The notes under the pieces were generated by a model. It was not told where the DNA came from. It saw only the letters and a program-made list of their open reading frames with translations, and did no database searches. From positions 1 through 55,733 of IMG/VR virus record IMGVR_UViG_3300032931_000778: a DNA stretch of 55,733 bases. The stretch is one strand, 5' to 3'. A program made the position numbers and the translations under genes. This DNA is from a virus. Its lineage: Duplodnaviria > Caudoviricetes. This document shows, piece by piece, positions 10,125 through 18,062 of the stretch (its first letter is position 1; the number at the start of each line of letters is the position of its first letter).

Positions 10125-10328
10125 CTAGCGCCGGCGCCGCGCCCGCGCCGTGCTCACCTCGCGCTGCCCCGCGCGCCGCTGCTCCATCTCCGCCTTCTCC
10201 CGCAGCAGCCGCTGGCGCCGGCTGTAGGGGAGCGCCATCGCGTCAGCATAGCCCATGCCCCAGTATTCCAAGAGGCCGAACACGTCCGACTCTAGCGCCC
10301 CGACGCTGCCGACGGGAAGAAAAAACCC
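10125..10328 (-). CDS. C-terminal (-1 frame) extension of the tail assembly chaperone (G-T type product)
   Basis: -1 frame after the slippery site reads FLPVGSVGALESDVFGLLEYWGMGYADAMALPYSRRQRLL; the DAMALP..RR pattern is typical of T-part chaperones. Confidence 0.75.
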   Translation of the reverse strand, partial: GFFLPVGSVGALESDVFGLLEYWGMGYADAMALPYSRRQRLLREKAEMEQRRAGQREVSTARARRRR

Positions 10329-11161
10329 GGCTGCGACACGTCCAGGCTCGCCGTCCACTCATGTTCGCACGCCACGCACGCGAACTCCACCTTGTCATCG
10401 ATCCCGCCCTCGCGCTCATCGAACGCGATCCGCAGGCGCTCGCGGTCCCGCAGGGGCAGCGCCTTGAGCGCCCGGAGGGTCTCCGCCCACCCACGCTCGC
10501 GGTCCAGCAGCCGCCCATCCACGTGCGTCACGCGGGCCGCCAGCGACAGCGTGGCGAGGTCATCGTCGCTCCCCTTGCGCCGGCGCCCCGCCCACTCCTC
10601 GTCCTCCACCCCCATCACGCGCCACACCGCGGTGCGCCCGCTGGGGAGGGGCTCCTCGAACACCCTCACGCTGCGGTCCGGCATCGGCGTGATGGCCAGC
10701 TCGCTGAGGTCCACCGCGAACGGCGCCTCCTTGCTGCACTTCGGGCAGAGCACCCGCATGTCGTAGAGGTCCCCGAGGGAGGCCCGCCGCACCGCGATCA
10801 GCAGCACCGAGCGGTCCATCGAGGCCAGAGTGTGCGCCACCGCCCGCAGGGCCCCGCGCCCCGTGAGCGATCCCAACTGGACCAGGCAGTTGCCGATCAT
10901 GCGGTTCAGCCGCGCGATCACCGGCCCCTTGCCCGCCAGGATGTCCTCCTCCGTGCCCGACATCTCCTGCACGAGGTAGGAGAAGTGTACCTGCCCCCCC
11001 ACGTCGATGTGCCCGCACGGCAACTCGCCCCCGAGCGTCGCCGCTCGCGGGTCATGCAGGTTCACGCCCGCCTTCCCCTGCTCGACCGTGGGGAGGGGCG
11101 CCTCCCCCTGCTCCGCTTGCTGCGCCTCTGCTTGCTGCGCCTCCGCTTGCTGCTCCGTCAT
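10292..11161 (-). CDS. Tail assembly chaperone (T4 gp26-like, two CxxC)
   Basis: EMSGTEEDIL, DRSVLLIAVRRASLGD.Y...CPKC, GGID...CVAC, ending QPGFFFP. Confidence 0.75.
   Translation of the reverse strand: MTEQQAEAQQAEAQQAEQGEAPLPTVEQGKAGVNLHDPRAATLGGELPCGHIDVGGQVHFSYLVQEMSGTEEDILAGKGPVIARLNRMIGNCLVQLGSLTGRGALRAVAHTLASMDRSVLLIAVRRASLGDLYDMRVLCPKCSKEAPFAVDLSELAITPMPDRSVRVFEEPLPSGRTAVWRVMGVEDEEWAGRRRKGSDDDLATLSLAARVTHVDGRLLDRERGWAETLRALKALPLRDRERLRIAFDEREGGIDDKVEFACVACEHEWTASLDVSQPGFFFPSAASGR
10319..10328 (-). other. Programmed -1 ribosomal frameshift site G GGT TTT TTC
   Basis: XXXYYYZ heptamers (GGGTTTT and TTTTTTC) in the correct phase just before the chaperone stop, upstream of the tape measure gene. 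Confidence 0.8.
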
Positions 11162-11367
11162 CGCTCGCCGCCTTCCGCTGGTAGCTGTGCCTCGGTCAAC
11201 TGGGTGGGCCCCGCCGTCGCCCGCAGGCGCGCCTCGACCGCGCGCTCCTCCAGGCAGTACGCGTACATGCGCTCGCGCACCACGTCCGAGACCGTGCGCC
11301 CGGAGCGCGCCGCGTGCCGCGTCAGCTCCTCGTAGATGTCCTGCTTGATCTCGACGTTTAACCGCAT
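11158..11367 (-). CDS. Ribbon-helix-helix (CopG-like) DNA-binding protein
   Basis: MRLNVEIKQDIYEELTRHAARSGRTVSDVVRE matches the RHH beta-alpha-alpha pattern; AAGGAG SD. Confidence 0.7.
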   Translation of the reverse strand: MRLNVEIKQDIYEELTRHAARSGRTVSDVVRERMYAYCLEERAVEARLRATAGPTQLTEAQLPAEGGER

Positions 11368-11385
11368 GCGGGGCTCCTTGTGTCG

Positions 11386-11414
11386 ATCTTACTCAAGACC
11401 CCCGCCGGCGGCAA
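11386..11414 (-). promoter_or_regulatory. Sigma70-like promoter TTGCCG-17-TAAGAT ahead of the RHH/chaperone/tape measure genes
   Basis: -35 at 11409-11414, -10 at 11386-11391, exact 17-nt spacer, intergenic. Confidence 0.6.
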
Positions 11415-11423
11415 GGATTCTGC

Positions 11424-12362
11424 TCAGGCGTCTTCGGGCGCGACCTCGGCTGCCACGAGGATCGCGGCCTCGCGCTCTACCTCGGCGTCCCCCTCGTCCA
11501 CATCGTAAGCCACCTCGGGCGGGGCCGGCAGCGGGTCGAGCCCCTCCAGCACCGCAATGGCGAAGAACCGACTGTAGAAGTACAGGCGCCCCTTGCCCGT
11601 GATGCGCGTCGTACGGTCGATCACCGCGCTCCCCTCCTGGGTCTCGCGCACGTGCTCCACGATCACCATGATGCGCTGCTCGATGCTGCGCTGTGTGGGT
11701 TCATTGCGCCGCGCCCCCCGCTTGTGGACAAAGCCCTCCTCGCGCAACCACGCGAAAAACACGTTCTGCCCCACGCGCTTGCCCGTGCCCTGCGTGATCG
11801 CCTTGGCCACCTGCCCCACATAGTACGAGGTCGGCGAGTCCATCACGCTCGCTGCGAAGCTCACGAACGGGGCCGAGCGCTCCTGATAGCGCACGAGCTG
11901 CTGTACCTGCACCTCGGCCTCGCGCCGCCCCTTAGCCTCCAACAGCCACGCCTCCGCCGAGGCGATTGGGTCGTTGAAATCGGGCAGCCCCGGCGGCACC
12001 GCACCGGGGGCCGTGTAGTTCCCCGTGCGCCGGATGCTAGGGATCACCTCGCCCGCGATCCACTTCTGGAATGGCAGGGCCCTTTCCATGTTACTGCGGG
12101 ACATGAAGAAATATAGCCCTTGCTCAGAAAGGCTAAGGATCTCCTGCATCCCACCAGGGGTAAGAAACGGTTTCTTACCCTTCCACTCCTCAGGAACATT
12201 TTCGACAAGATTCGTCATGCTGGTAGCTACTGTGCCATCTGGGTATCCAAGGGCCCGAGCTACATCCTTGGCTACCCACCACAGCTCTCCGTCGAACATG
12301 TCGACACGCACCTGGTTGCCCTCAAACTCGAACGCCCGCACGATCGCTGATTGCTCGCTCAT
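11424..12362 (-). CDS. Antirepressor-like protein: BRO-N domain plus ANT/KilAC C-terminal domain
   Basis: FEFEGNQVR...WWVAKDVARALGY, LSEQGLY...FQKWIAGEVIPSIRRTGNY (BRO-N); VGQVAK...GQNVFFAWLREEG...PTQR...TRITGKG (KilAC); AGGAG SD. Confidence 0.9.
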   Translation of the reverse strand: MSEQSAIVRAFEFEGNQVRVDMFDGELWWVAKDVARALGYPDGTVATSMTNLVENVPEEWKGKKPFLTPGGMQEILSLSEQGLYFFMSRSNMERALPFQKWIAGEVIPSIRRTGNYTAPGAVPPGLPDFNDPIASAEAWLLEAKGRREAEVQVQQLVRYQERSAPFVSFAASVMDSPTSYYVGQVAKAITQGTGKRVGQNVFFAWLREEGFVHKRGARRNEPTQRSIEQRIMVIVEHVRETQEGSAVIDRTTRITGKGRLYFYSRFFAIAVLEGLDPLPAPPEVAYDVDEGDAEVEREAAILVAAEVAPEDA

Positions 12363-12442
12363 AAACACTCCTGTGGTTGTGGGATGGCGTTACCGCAGCC
12401 ATCCCAACCACCCTATCAGCTCGTGCGTCGGAGATCGATAGC

Positions 12443-12479
12443 AAAAAAATGGCCATCGGTGACGGTAACACCGATGGCC
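12443..12479 (-). terminator. Intrinsic terminator in the leader of the BRO/ANT gene
   Basis: Perfect 11-bp stem GGCCATCGGTG/CACCGATGGCC followed by ATTTTTTT. Confidence 0.8.
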
Positions 12480-12555
12480 GAGCCAGCCTTGCGGCTGTGG
12501 GGATCGTGCCCCGCCTACATACCACATAAATCTCGCGCGTGCAGGGAAAAGTGCG

Positions 12556-13536
12556 TCAGGCCTGCGCGACCGGCTGCTGCCGCGCGCGCCCCGCCGCCGC
12601 CTCGCGGTCGATGGCGGATCCCCGCTTCGTCAGCTCGGCGTCCGCCGCCTTCGCCCGCTGCTTGGCCGCATGCTTGGCCTTCAGGCGCGCCTTCGCCGCC
12701 GTGACGTCCGCCGTGGTGGGGGCCGCCGCCTTCTTCTTAGAGGCCTGGCTGGCCATCGCCTTGCCCGCGTGCTTGCTCGGGCCCGTGCCCCCCGCGGCCC
12801 GGTGCTTGGCGATCAGCTGGAGGGCCGCCGCCGCGGCCTTGACCCGCTTCGCGTCCCCGCGCCCCATGCCCTGCTGCATCATGGAGAGGGCCCGCACCAG
12901 CTCCTTGTCGCCGCCCCGCCGCGCCGCCTTAAGCGCCTTGCCCACCTTCGCGGTGGTCTCCTGCGCCTGGGCCGTCTGATAGGCCGCGTGGACCTGGCCC
13001 GCGCTCGCCTTGACGCCGCGCCCCACCGCCGCGAGCCCGCGCCCCGTGGCCCGCAAGGCCTTGCCGAAGCGCGTCTTCATGAGCTGCTTGCCCTTCTTCT
13101 TGAGGGCCTTCTTGACGACCTTGAGCTTGTGCTTGCCCCGCCGCTTGAGGGCCGCCGCCTTGCCGCCCAGCACCGCGATCTTGTGGCGCATCGCCGGCGA
13201 CATCGCGTCCTTCGCCGCGCCCCAGCCCTTCTTGGCCAGCTGCGCCGTGCCCTTAGCCGCCGCCTTGCCCACCGCGGCGCCCGCCTGGCCCAGGCCCTTG
13301 GCCGCCGCCTTCCCGAGGATGCCCGCCATGCGCGTCCCCACGCCCTCGTTGAGCGCGGCCCCCGCCGGCGTCAGGGCCTCCACGCGCACGAGCCCCCCGC
13401 GCACGCGCATGCGCGCCCCGCGCCCCGGCAGGCGCCCCGCCTGCACGAGCCCCGGCTTGATGGTCCCCGGCCGCTTCCGGGGCATCCGGCTCCCCAACGG
13501 CACCGGGACCCCCGCCACGTTGGCACTCGTGATCAT
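12556..13536 (-). CDS. Very basic Lys/Ala-rich protein, candidate internal head/DNA-condensing protein
   Basis: KKALKKKGK and AAKARLKAK-type composition, strong GC3 bias, ATGA coupling to the upstream gene. Confidence 0.65.
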   Translation of the reverse strand: MITSANVAGVPVPLGSRMPRKRPGTIKPGLVQAGRLPGRGARMRVRGGLVRVEALTPAGAALNEGVGTRMAGILGKAAAKGLGQAGAAVGKAAAKGTAQLAKKGWGAAKDAMSPAMRHKIAVLGGKAAALKRRGKHKLKVVKKALKKKGKQLMKTRFGKALRATGRGLAAVGRGVKASAGQVHAAYQTAQAQETTAKVGKALKAARRGGDKELVRALSMMQQGMGRGDAKRVKAAAAALQLIAKHRAAGGTGPSKHAGKAMASQASKKKAAAPTTADVTAAKARLKAKHAAKQRAKAADAELTKRGSAIDREAAAGRARQQPVAQA

Positions 13537-14243
13537 CCGACATCCTTCTTCTGGATCGCATGCCACGTACCCGCCAGCACCGCCATCGCCTCCTCCGGCG
13601 TGCGCTTGACCTCAAACCCTACGCGAACCCCCTCGGGATGCCCCCCAAAGTCATAGGTCCACATCTTAAAGCCCCGATGCTTGGCCTTGATCCAGGTACG
13701 ATGCCCAAAGTGCTGCAAGAGATACGCCCCTACTTGCTGCTTGGCGTCCAGCAATGCTTCCTTTGCCGTCGCCGAGGTCCCCTTAACATCAACAAAAATT
13801 GTCCCCTGCACCCCCTGCACGGTGATCTCCTTGGGCAAGTGCTGCTTGGCCCACTGCACCACGTCACGCTGAATGGCCTCCACGTCCGAGAAGGGCTCCA
13901 CGGCCGCTTCCTCGATCGCCCGCAGGACCACCGCGGCCCCGCGCCGGTCGCGCTCCACAACGGCCCGCCACCCAGCCTCGCCCTCGAAGCGCCGCGCGAC
14001 CTGCCGCGCCACGGCCCCCGCGTCGTAGCCCTCCAGGACCGCCCGCAGGCCGCCCTCCGCCTCCGTGAAGCGGCAAGCGCGCCCCTTGGTCGCGCGCTCC
14101 GCCTCCATCCGCAGGAGCCGCGCCACGCGCCGCGCCTCGGGCCCCAGCCCCTCCGGGCGCGCCGGGGCCGCCACCTCGGGGGCCCGCGCCGCTTGGGGGG
14201 CCGCCACGATCGCCCGCAGCTTCGATGATAGCCGTCCGCGCAT
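13533..14243 (-). CDS. Hypothetical protein with N-terminal RLSSKLRAIV tag
   Basis: GAGGTG SD before ATG 14243; C-terminal part noticeably lower in GC. Confidence 0.6.
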   Translation of the reverse strand: MRGRLSSKLRAIVAAPQAARAPEVAAPARPEGLGPEARRVARLLRMEAERATKGRACRFTEAEGGLRAVLEGYDAGAVARQVARRFEGEAGWRAVVERDRRGAAVVLRAIEEAAVEPFSDVEAIQRDVVQWAKQHLPKEITVQGVQGTIFVDVKGTSATAKEALLDAKQQVGAYLLQHFGHRTWIKAKHRGFKMWTYDFGGHPEGVRVGFEVKRTPEEAMAVLAGTWHAIQKKDVG

Positions 14244-14271
14244 GCTCACCTCATGCACCCCACGCGGGGCG

Positions 14272-15075
14272 CTACTGCTTCGCCTTGCCGCCCTTCACGC
14301 CCCGCTTCGCCGTGGGGCGGAACTTCCCGCTCTTCTTCGTCCAGCCGGGCCGCGCCGGGGACCCGCCCCAGGGCCCGCTGCCGTCCTGCGGGTAGAACAC
14401 GTGCTTGCCCCCCACGGTGCGCCACACGCCCTTCTTGCCCGGCGGCTTCACGTTCCAGACCTTGCCGCCCTTGCCGCTCGGCGTCGTGCTCCACCCCGGC
14501 GTCCGGTACTCCGCCAGGCAGCCCGCGACGATCCCCGCCAGGGCCTCGCTCAGGCGCCGCCCCCCGTAGGCGCGGGCCTCCTGCCGCTTCCGCTTGCCCC
14601 GCCCGAGGCCAGGAAGCCCGAGCTGCCCCTTCTGCGGCATCACGCCCTTGGACGCGCGGAACTTGCCCCCCCGGCCCGTCCAGCCCGGCCGGAACGGCGC
14701 GCCGCCCCAGGGGCCCTCGGGCACGTCCCCGCCCGGCTTATTCGGGAAGAAGAGGCGCTTCCCCTTGACCGTGACCCACTTGCCGTCGACCTCGCCCTTG
14801 GGCCCCGGCATCGTGGCCTCGCCCCCGACGCTCTTGCCCCGCGGCGCATCACGGTCCTGCGCCATCTTCTTGCGCCGCAGCTTGCCCATCTCCGTGCTGT
14901 GGTAGTCGCCGATGGCCGGCGCCAACGCGCGATGCACCGCCGCCCGCTTGCGAAACTCCGCCACCGGCATGCCGGCCGTCGCACTCGGGTGCTGCGGGGC
15001 CTTCGCCTTGGCCGGCCTGCGCGCCTCCGCCACCAGCCCCCGCAAGCCCTCGATCAACTGCCGCATCGTTGCCAT
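14272..15075 (-). CDS. Basic protein with two G-x-W-x-TV-x-GK-x-x-F repeats, candidate internal head protein
   Basis: GKWVTVKGKRLFFP...GPWGG.P.RPGWT...GKFR and GVWRTVGGKHVFYP...GPWGGSPARPGWT...GKFR; N-terminus MRQLIEGL...AE; GAGGAG SD. Confidence 0.65.
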   Translation of the reverse strand: MATMRQLIEGLRGLVAEARRPAKAKAPQHPSATAGMPVAEFRKRAAVHRALAPAIGDYHSTEMGKLRRKKMAQDRDAPRGKSVGGEATMPGPKGEVDGKWVTVKGKRLFFPNKPGGDVPEGPWGGAPFRPGWTGRGGKFRASKGVMPQKGQLGLPGLGRGKRKRQEARAYGGRRLSEALAGIVAGCLAEYRTPGWSTTPSGKGGKVWNVKPPGKKGVWRTVGGKHVFYPQDGSGPWGGSPARPGWTKKSGKFRPTAKRGVKGGKAKQ

Positions 15076-15110
15076 CGCTCACGCTCCTCGCGTTGGGTCG
15101 TTCTCGTCTC

Positions 15111-15116
15111 GTTATA
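15111..15116 (-). promoter_or_regulatory. Possible -10 element TATAAC upstream of the 15075 gene
   Basis: Isolated AT hexamer in a GC-rich intergenic region; no convincing -35. Confidence 0.35.
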
Positions 15117-15143
15117 CCGCGCGCCCCCGCCCCCGTCGCGCTT

Positions 15144-15713
15144 TTAGCCGCGATCTCCTTCAGCCACTTTCACTGGAAAATCTTGGCTAGCGTCCACATG
15201 CTTCCACGTTTTCCGCTTTGAGATCAAAAACACATTGCTTTGATCCATTCCAAAAAAACTGGCGATTCTTTTACAGGAATACCCCATGCCTCTCAGTCTA
15301 AGAATTTCACGAACATCATCCTCGGTTATTTTGCTATTTCCATGTTTGCTACCCCGAGGGATAGACGCAGGTTTCGTCCTTGAACCATGAAAATCACCAC
15401 TCGCACATCGGCCCCTCTTTACCTTGTCGACCATGTTTTCTATGTGCGTTCCAATACGAAGATGATCTGGATTTACACACTTTTCGTTGTCGCACGAATG
15501 TATAACAAGCCCCTCAATATCCGTGCTTCCATTGGCGATTGCAAACGCGATTCGATGAACACGCCGATTCTGACCATTTACATGAAAAACTCCATATCCA
15601 TCCTTGTCAAACGAACCACCACGCCATTCCCAACACCCAGACGCACCGGTCTTGTCAACGGATGCCCAAAACCGTTCCGCCACCTGCTCACTCATCCGCA
15701 AATCAATCATCAC
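15144..15713 (-). CDS. Free-standing HNH homing endonuclease (HNH_3 type with C-terminal HTH)
   Basis: RFWASVDK...CWEW.G...GYG...VHRIAF...HSCDNEKCVNPDHL..GTH.ENM.D; markedly AT-rich. Confidence 0.92.
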   Translation of the reverse strand: MMIDLRMSEQVAERFWASVDKTGASGCWEWRGGSFDKDGYGVFHVNGQNRRVHRIAFAIANGSTDIEGLVIHSCDNEKCVNPDHLRIGTHIENMVDKVKRGRCASGDFHGSRTKPASIPRGSKHGNSKITEDDVREILRLRGMGYSCKRIASFFGMDQSNVFLISKRKTWKHVDASQDFPVKVAEGDRG

Positions 15714-16372
15714 CGTTTCCCCATCACGATCTCTAATGGATAACGACCATCCGCATGGGATGCGAACGAGCGATGCTCAATCACACCTGGACTAGGCACG
15801 ACTGCCGGTTTGGAATCCCACCCGTCAATCTTTCGCTTCTTCGCGTTTAACCCCGCTGTAGGAAACACAAACGGAATCCCAAGAACCCCACACAACCACG
15901 GAACGAATGCCTTTAACACAGCCATCTGGATGGGCATCGGAAGAACGTACTTCTTCTCTCCTCCGGCCGGTATCCATGTCCACCATTCAGCCGGTATCGT
16001 GGCACCGAATGGTTTTCTAGCGTAGGAGGGGCAAAACGGGTTGACCACCTCGATACCGATCGACGTGGGGTTGAGCTGGTTGCCATGCACCATCACATCC
16101 GTCGCGAGGTCCCCGTGGCAGCTCAGCCGGCCCTCGGGCCCGAGGATGAGCTGCACGCCGTACCCCTTGCGGATCAGCGTGTCCTTGCACCCGCTCGCCG
16201 TGTTCCCGCAGGTCTCGTGCAGGACGAAGTGCTGGAGGGCCCGCACGCGCGGCTTGCGCCGGAACGCGGGCTCCCCGTCGTCCAGGTAGTTGCTCGCGCT
16301 GCCCCCCGCCGCGAAGACCTCGGGAGGCAGGGGCACGCGCGCCCCGTGGATGATCACCGCATGCGATGGCAT
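15710..16372 (-). CDS. N-acetylmuramoyl-L-alanine amidase (Amidase_2), probable endolysin
   Basis: FVLHET, H..QLN.TSIGIEV and terminal H....H.D zinc-amidase motifs. Confidence 0.8.
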   Translation of the reverse strand: MPSHAVIIHGARVPLPPEVFAAGGSASNYLDDGEPAFRRKPRVRALQHFVLHETCGNTASGCKDTLIRKGYGVQLILGPEGRLSCHGDLATDVMVHGNQLNPTSIGIEVVNPFCPSYARKPFGATIPAEWWTWIPAGGEKKYVLPMPIQMAVLKAFVPWLCGVLGIPFVFPTAGLNAKKRKIDGWDSKPAVVPSPGVIEHRSFASHADGRYPLEIVMGKR

Positions 16373-16378
16373 GGCTAT

Positions 16379-16676
16379 CCGTTCTCCTAAACTGACCTAA
16401 ACAAGGACACGCCTTGCTCAGTGCTAGGCTCCTGCTTCATCGCGGCTAGTTGCACGAAAGGCTTACGCTTTTCGTCAGCGCTCCCCGCTCCACAGGCTGT
16501 CACCGCCGAACTGGCGGCAAGGATTTCACGTGCGCAATCGTTCCGTTTAACGCCGCATTTTCCAGGAAACGCACGCTTGGTTATCGCGGCGCTACCGGTG
16601 AAAATTGCCTCGTTTGTCAAATCACACGTCACGATCGTTCCTGTTTGTCCCTGTTAATCCTACTTTTCCTTCAACT
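16379..16676 (-). mobile_element. Non-autonomous IS607-like (TnpB) remnant; left boundary approximate
   Basis: AT-rich; ends GTTTAGGAGAACGG as IS607 right ends do; keeps a TnpB-like tail ILAASSAVTACG...LAAMKQEP; short AACAGG repeats near the left end. Confidence 0.65.
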
Positions 16677-16940
16677 CTACACGCCCTTCCTTGCCGCGTC
16701 GGCGCACCACCGCGCCCGCTCCCGCTCCCGCAGGTATTCCAACACGACCGTCAGGGCCGCCGCCTGGGCCGCGACCTGCGTGTACCCTTGAAACTGCTGG
16801 CTCACCACAGGCACACCAGGATCGCCGGCCGCCGCCGCCCGATCAAAGACCGTGACGCGCCAAGTGTTCGACTCCGCATAGTGCACCAGCTTGACGCCAA
16901 CCTCGAACGTGCACTCCCACACCGCCTGCTCCGTGCCCAT
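16677..16940 (-). CDS. Hypothetical protein, paralogous to domains in the 16955 and 19524 genes
   Basis: GGAGG SD; VKLVHYAESNTWRVTVFD...TQVAAQAAALTVVLEYL. Confidence 0.65.
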   Translation of the reverse strand: MGTEQAVWECTFEVGVKLVHYAESNTWRVTVFDRAAAAGDPGVPVVSQQFQGYTQVAAQAAALTVVLEYLRERERARWCADAARKGV

Positions 16941-16954
16941 CGCAGTCCAGCCTC

Positions 16955-17509
16955 CTAGCCCTGCGCTACGGTGTACAGCGTGCGATCCCCCGCAACCTTG
17001 CGCTCCACATATTCCAGCTCTAACAGGTTGTCGAGCCGCACATCCACCCGCGCAGGATGCGCCTTCACGGCCCGCGCGAGCTGCCCCGCGTCCATCCAGC
17101 GCCCCACCAGCGCCTTCAGCATGCGCCGCTCGATGTCGTCGAGCTTCGCCGCCGGGTCGCTGAAGTCCGTGTCGATCGCCTCGCGCACGGGCCGCCGCTT
17201 CGCGCTCAGGTACTTCAGGGTCACCTCGATCGCGGCCTCCTCGGCCTCGTCCTGCGTGAGCCCCTTGGCAAAGGCCTGCCCGCCCACAATGTAGTCAGGG
17301 CTAAACTCCTCTTCCGCATCGCCATCGAAGATCGTCGCGGACCAACGGTCCGTCTCCGCGTAGTGCTCCAGCTCCACGCTGACCTTCTTCGTGGGATGCG
17401 CGACCAGCTTCTTGTCTGGCCCGAAGCTCGCATGGCCCAGCTTGGCTGGCTTGAAGGTAAACTGATAGCGCCCCGTGAGGCGCTCCAATAACGCACGCAT
17501 CGTGCCCAT
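16955..17509 (-). CDS. Hypothetical protein with MRALLERL tag and C-terminal winged-HTH-like segment
   Basis: Own AAGGAG SD 7 nt before ATG 17509 inside the longer ORF-track call; C-terminus LDDIERRMLKAL...AGQLARAV...LDNLLELEYVER. Confidence 0.65.
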   Translation of the reverse strand: MGTMRALLERLTGRYQFTFKPAKLGHASFGPDKKLVAHPTKKVSVELEHYAETDRWSATIFDGDAEEEFSPDYIVGGQAFAKGLTQDEAEEAAIEVTLKYLSAKRRPVREAIDTDFSDPAAKLDDIERRMLKALVGRWMDAGQLARAVKAHPARVDVRLDNLLELEYVERKVAGDRTLYTVAQG

Positions 17510-17511
17510 GG

Positions 17512-18055
17512 TCACGCTCCTTCGATCCGCTGCGCCGCGATCACCTGCTCCTCGGCCGTCTCCAGATCGCCCGCCCGTAGCGCCTTGAGCGCCGCGAGCG
17601 CCGCCTTCTGCGCCTTGGGACCACTCCGCCAGCCAGTTGTCCCCCGCGCCCACCTGCCCATGGAAGGCCCGCATCGCGTTGAGCGCCTTGGCCTCCGCGG
17701 CCGTCAGCACCTCCCCCGCCGCCGGCCCCATGCGCCCGCCCCACTGGTTGCCCGCCCTCTCGATCAGAGAGCCCATCGTGCCCATGTCGGCGTCTTCCTT
17801 CCACGCGGCGGCGAAGTCCTGCTTGCGCACCCTCGGCATGGACTGTATCAATTTGCGCACCTCGCGCCCCTTTCCGACCTTGGCAAAGTTCTTACCTCGC
17901 TTCTTGACCAAGCGACCGAACACCATCTTGTAGCCCGGCGGCACCTTGCGCTCGCCGTCCTGCGCCGCCAGATCCTCCGGGGCGTGCTTCTGCGCCACGT
18001 CCCGCATCGTCATCGCCTCTTGGAGGTCCTCGATCAACCGCCTCATGCTTCTCAT
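17512..18055 (-). CDS. Hypothetical tagged protein, apparently frameshifted near 17620
   Basis: Starts MRSMRRLIEDLQE; after TGGTCCCAAG the GC3-biased reading continues in the +1 frame (PKAQKAALAALKALRAGDLETAEEQVIAAQRIEGA*). Confidence 0.5.
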
Positions 18056-18062
18056 GGCATCC

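Noticed and set aside
16387-16632. 81-aa ORF as a genuine phage gene
   Set aside because: AT-rich, no RBS; better explained as a TnpB-tail remnant.
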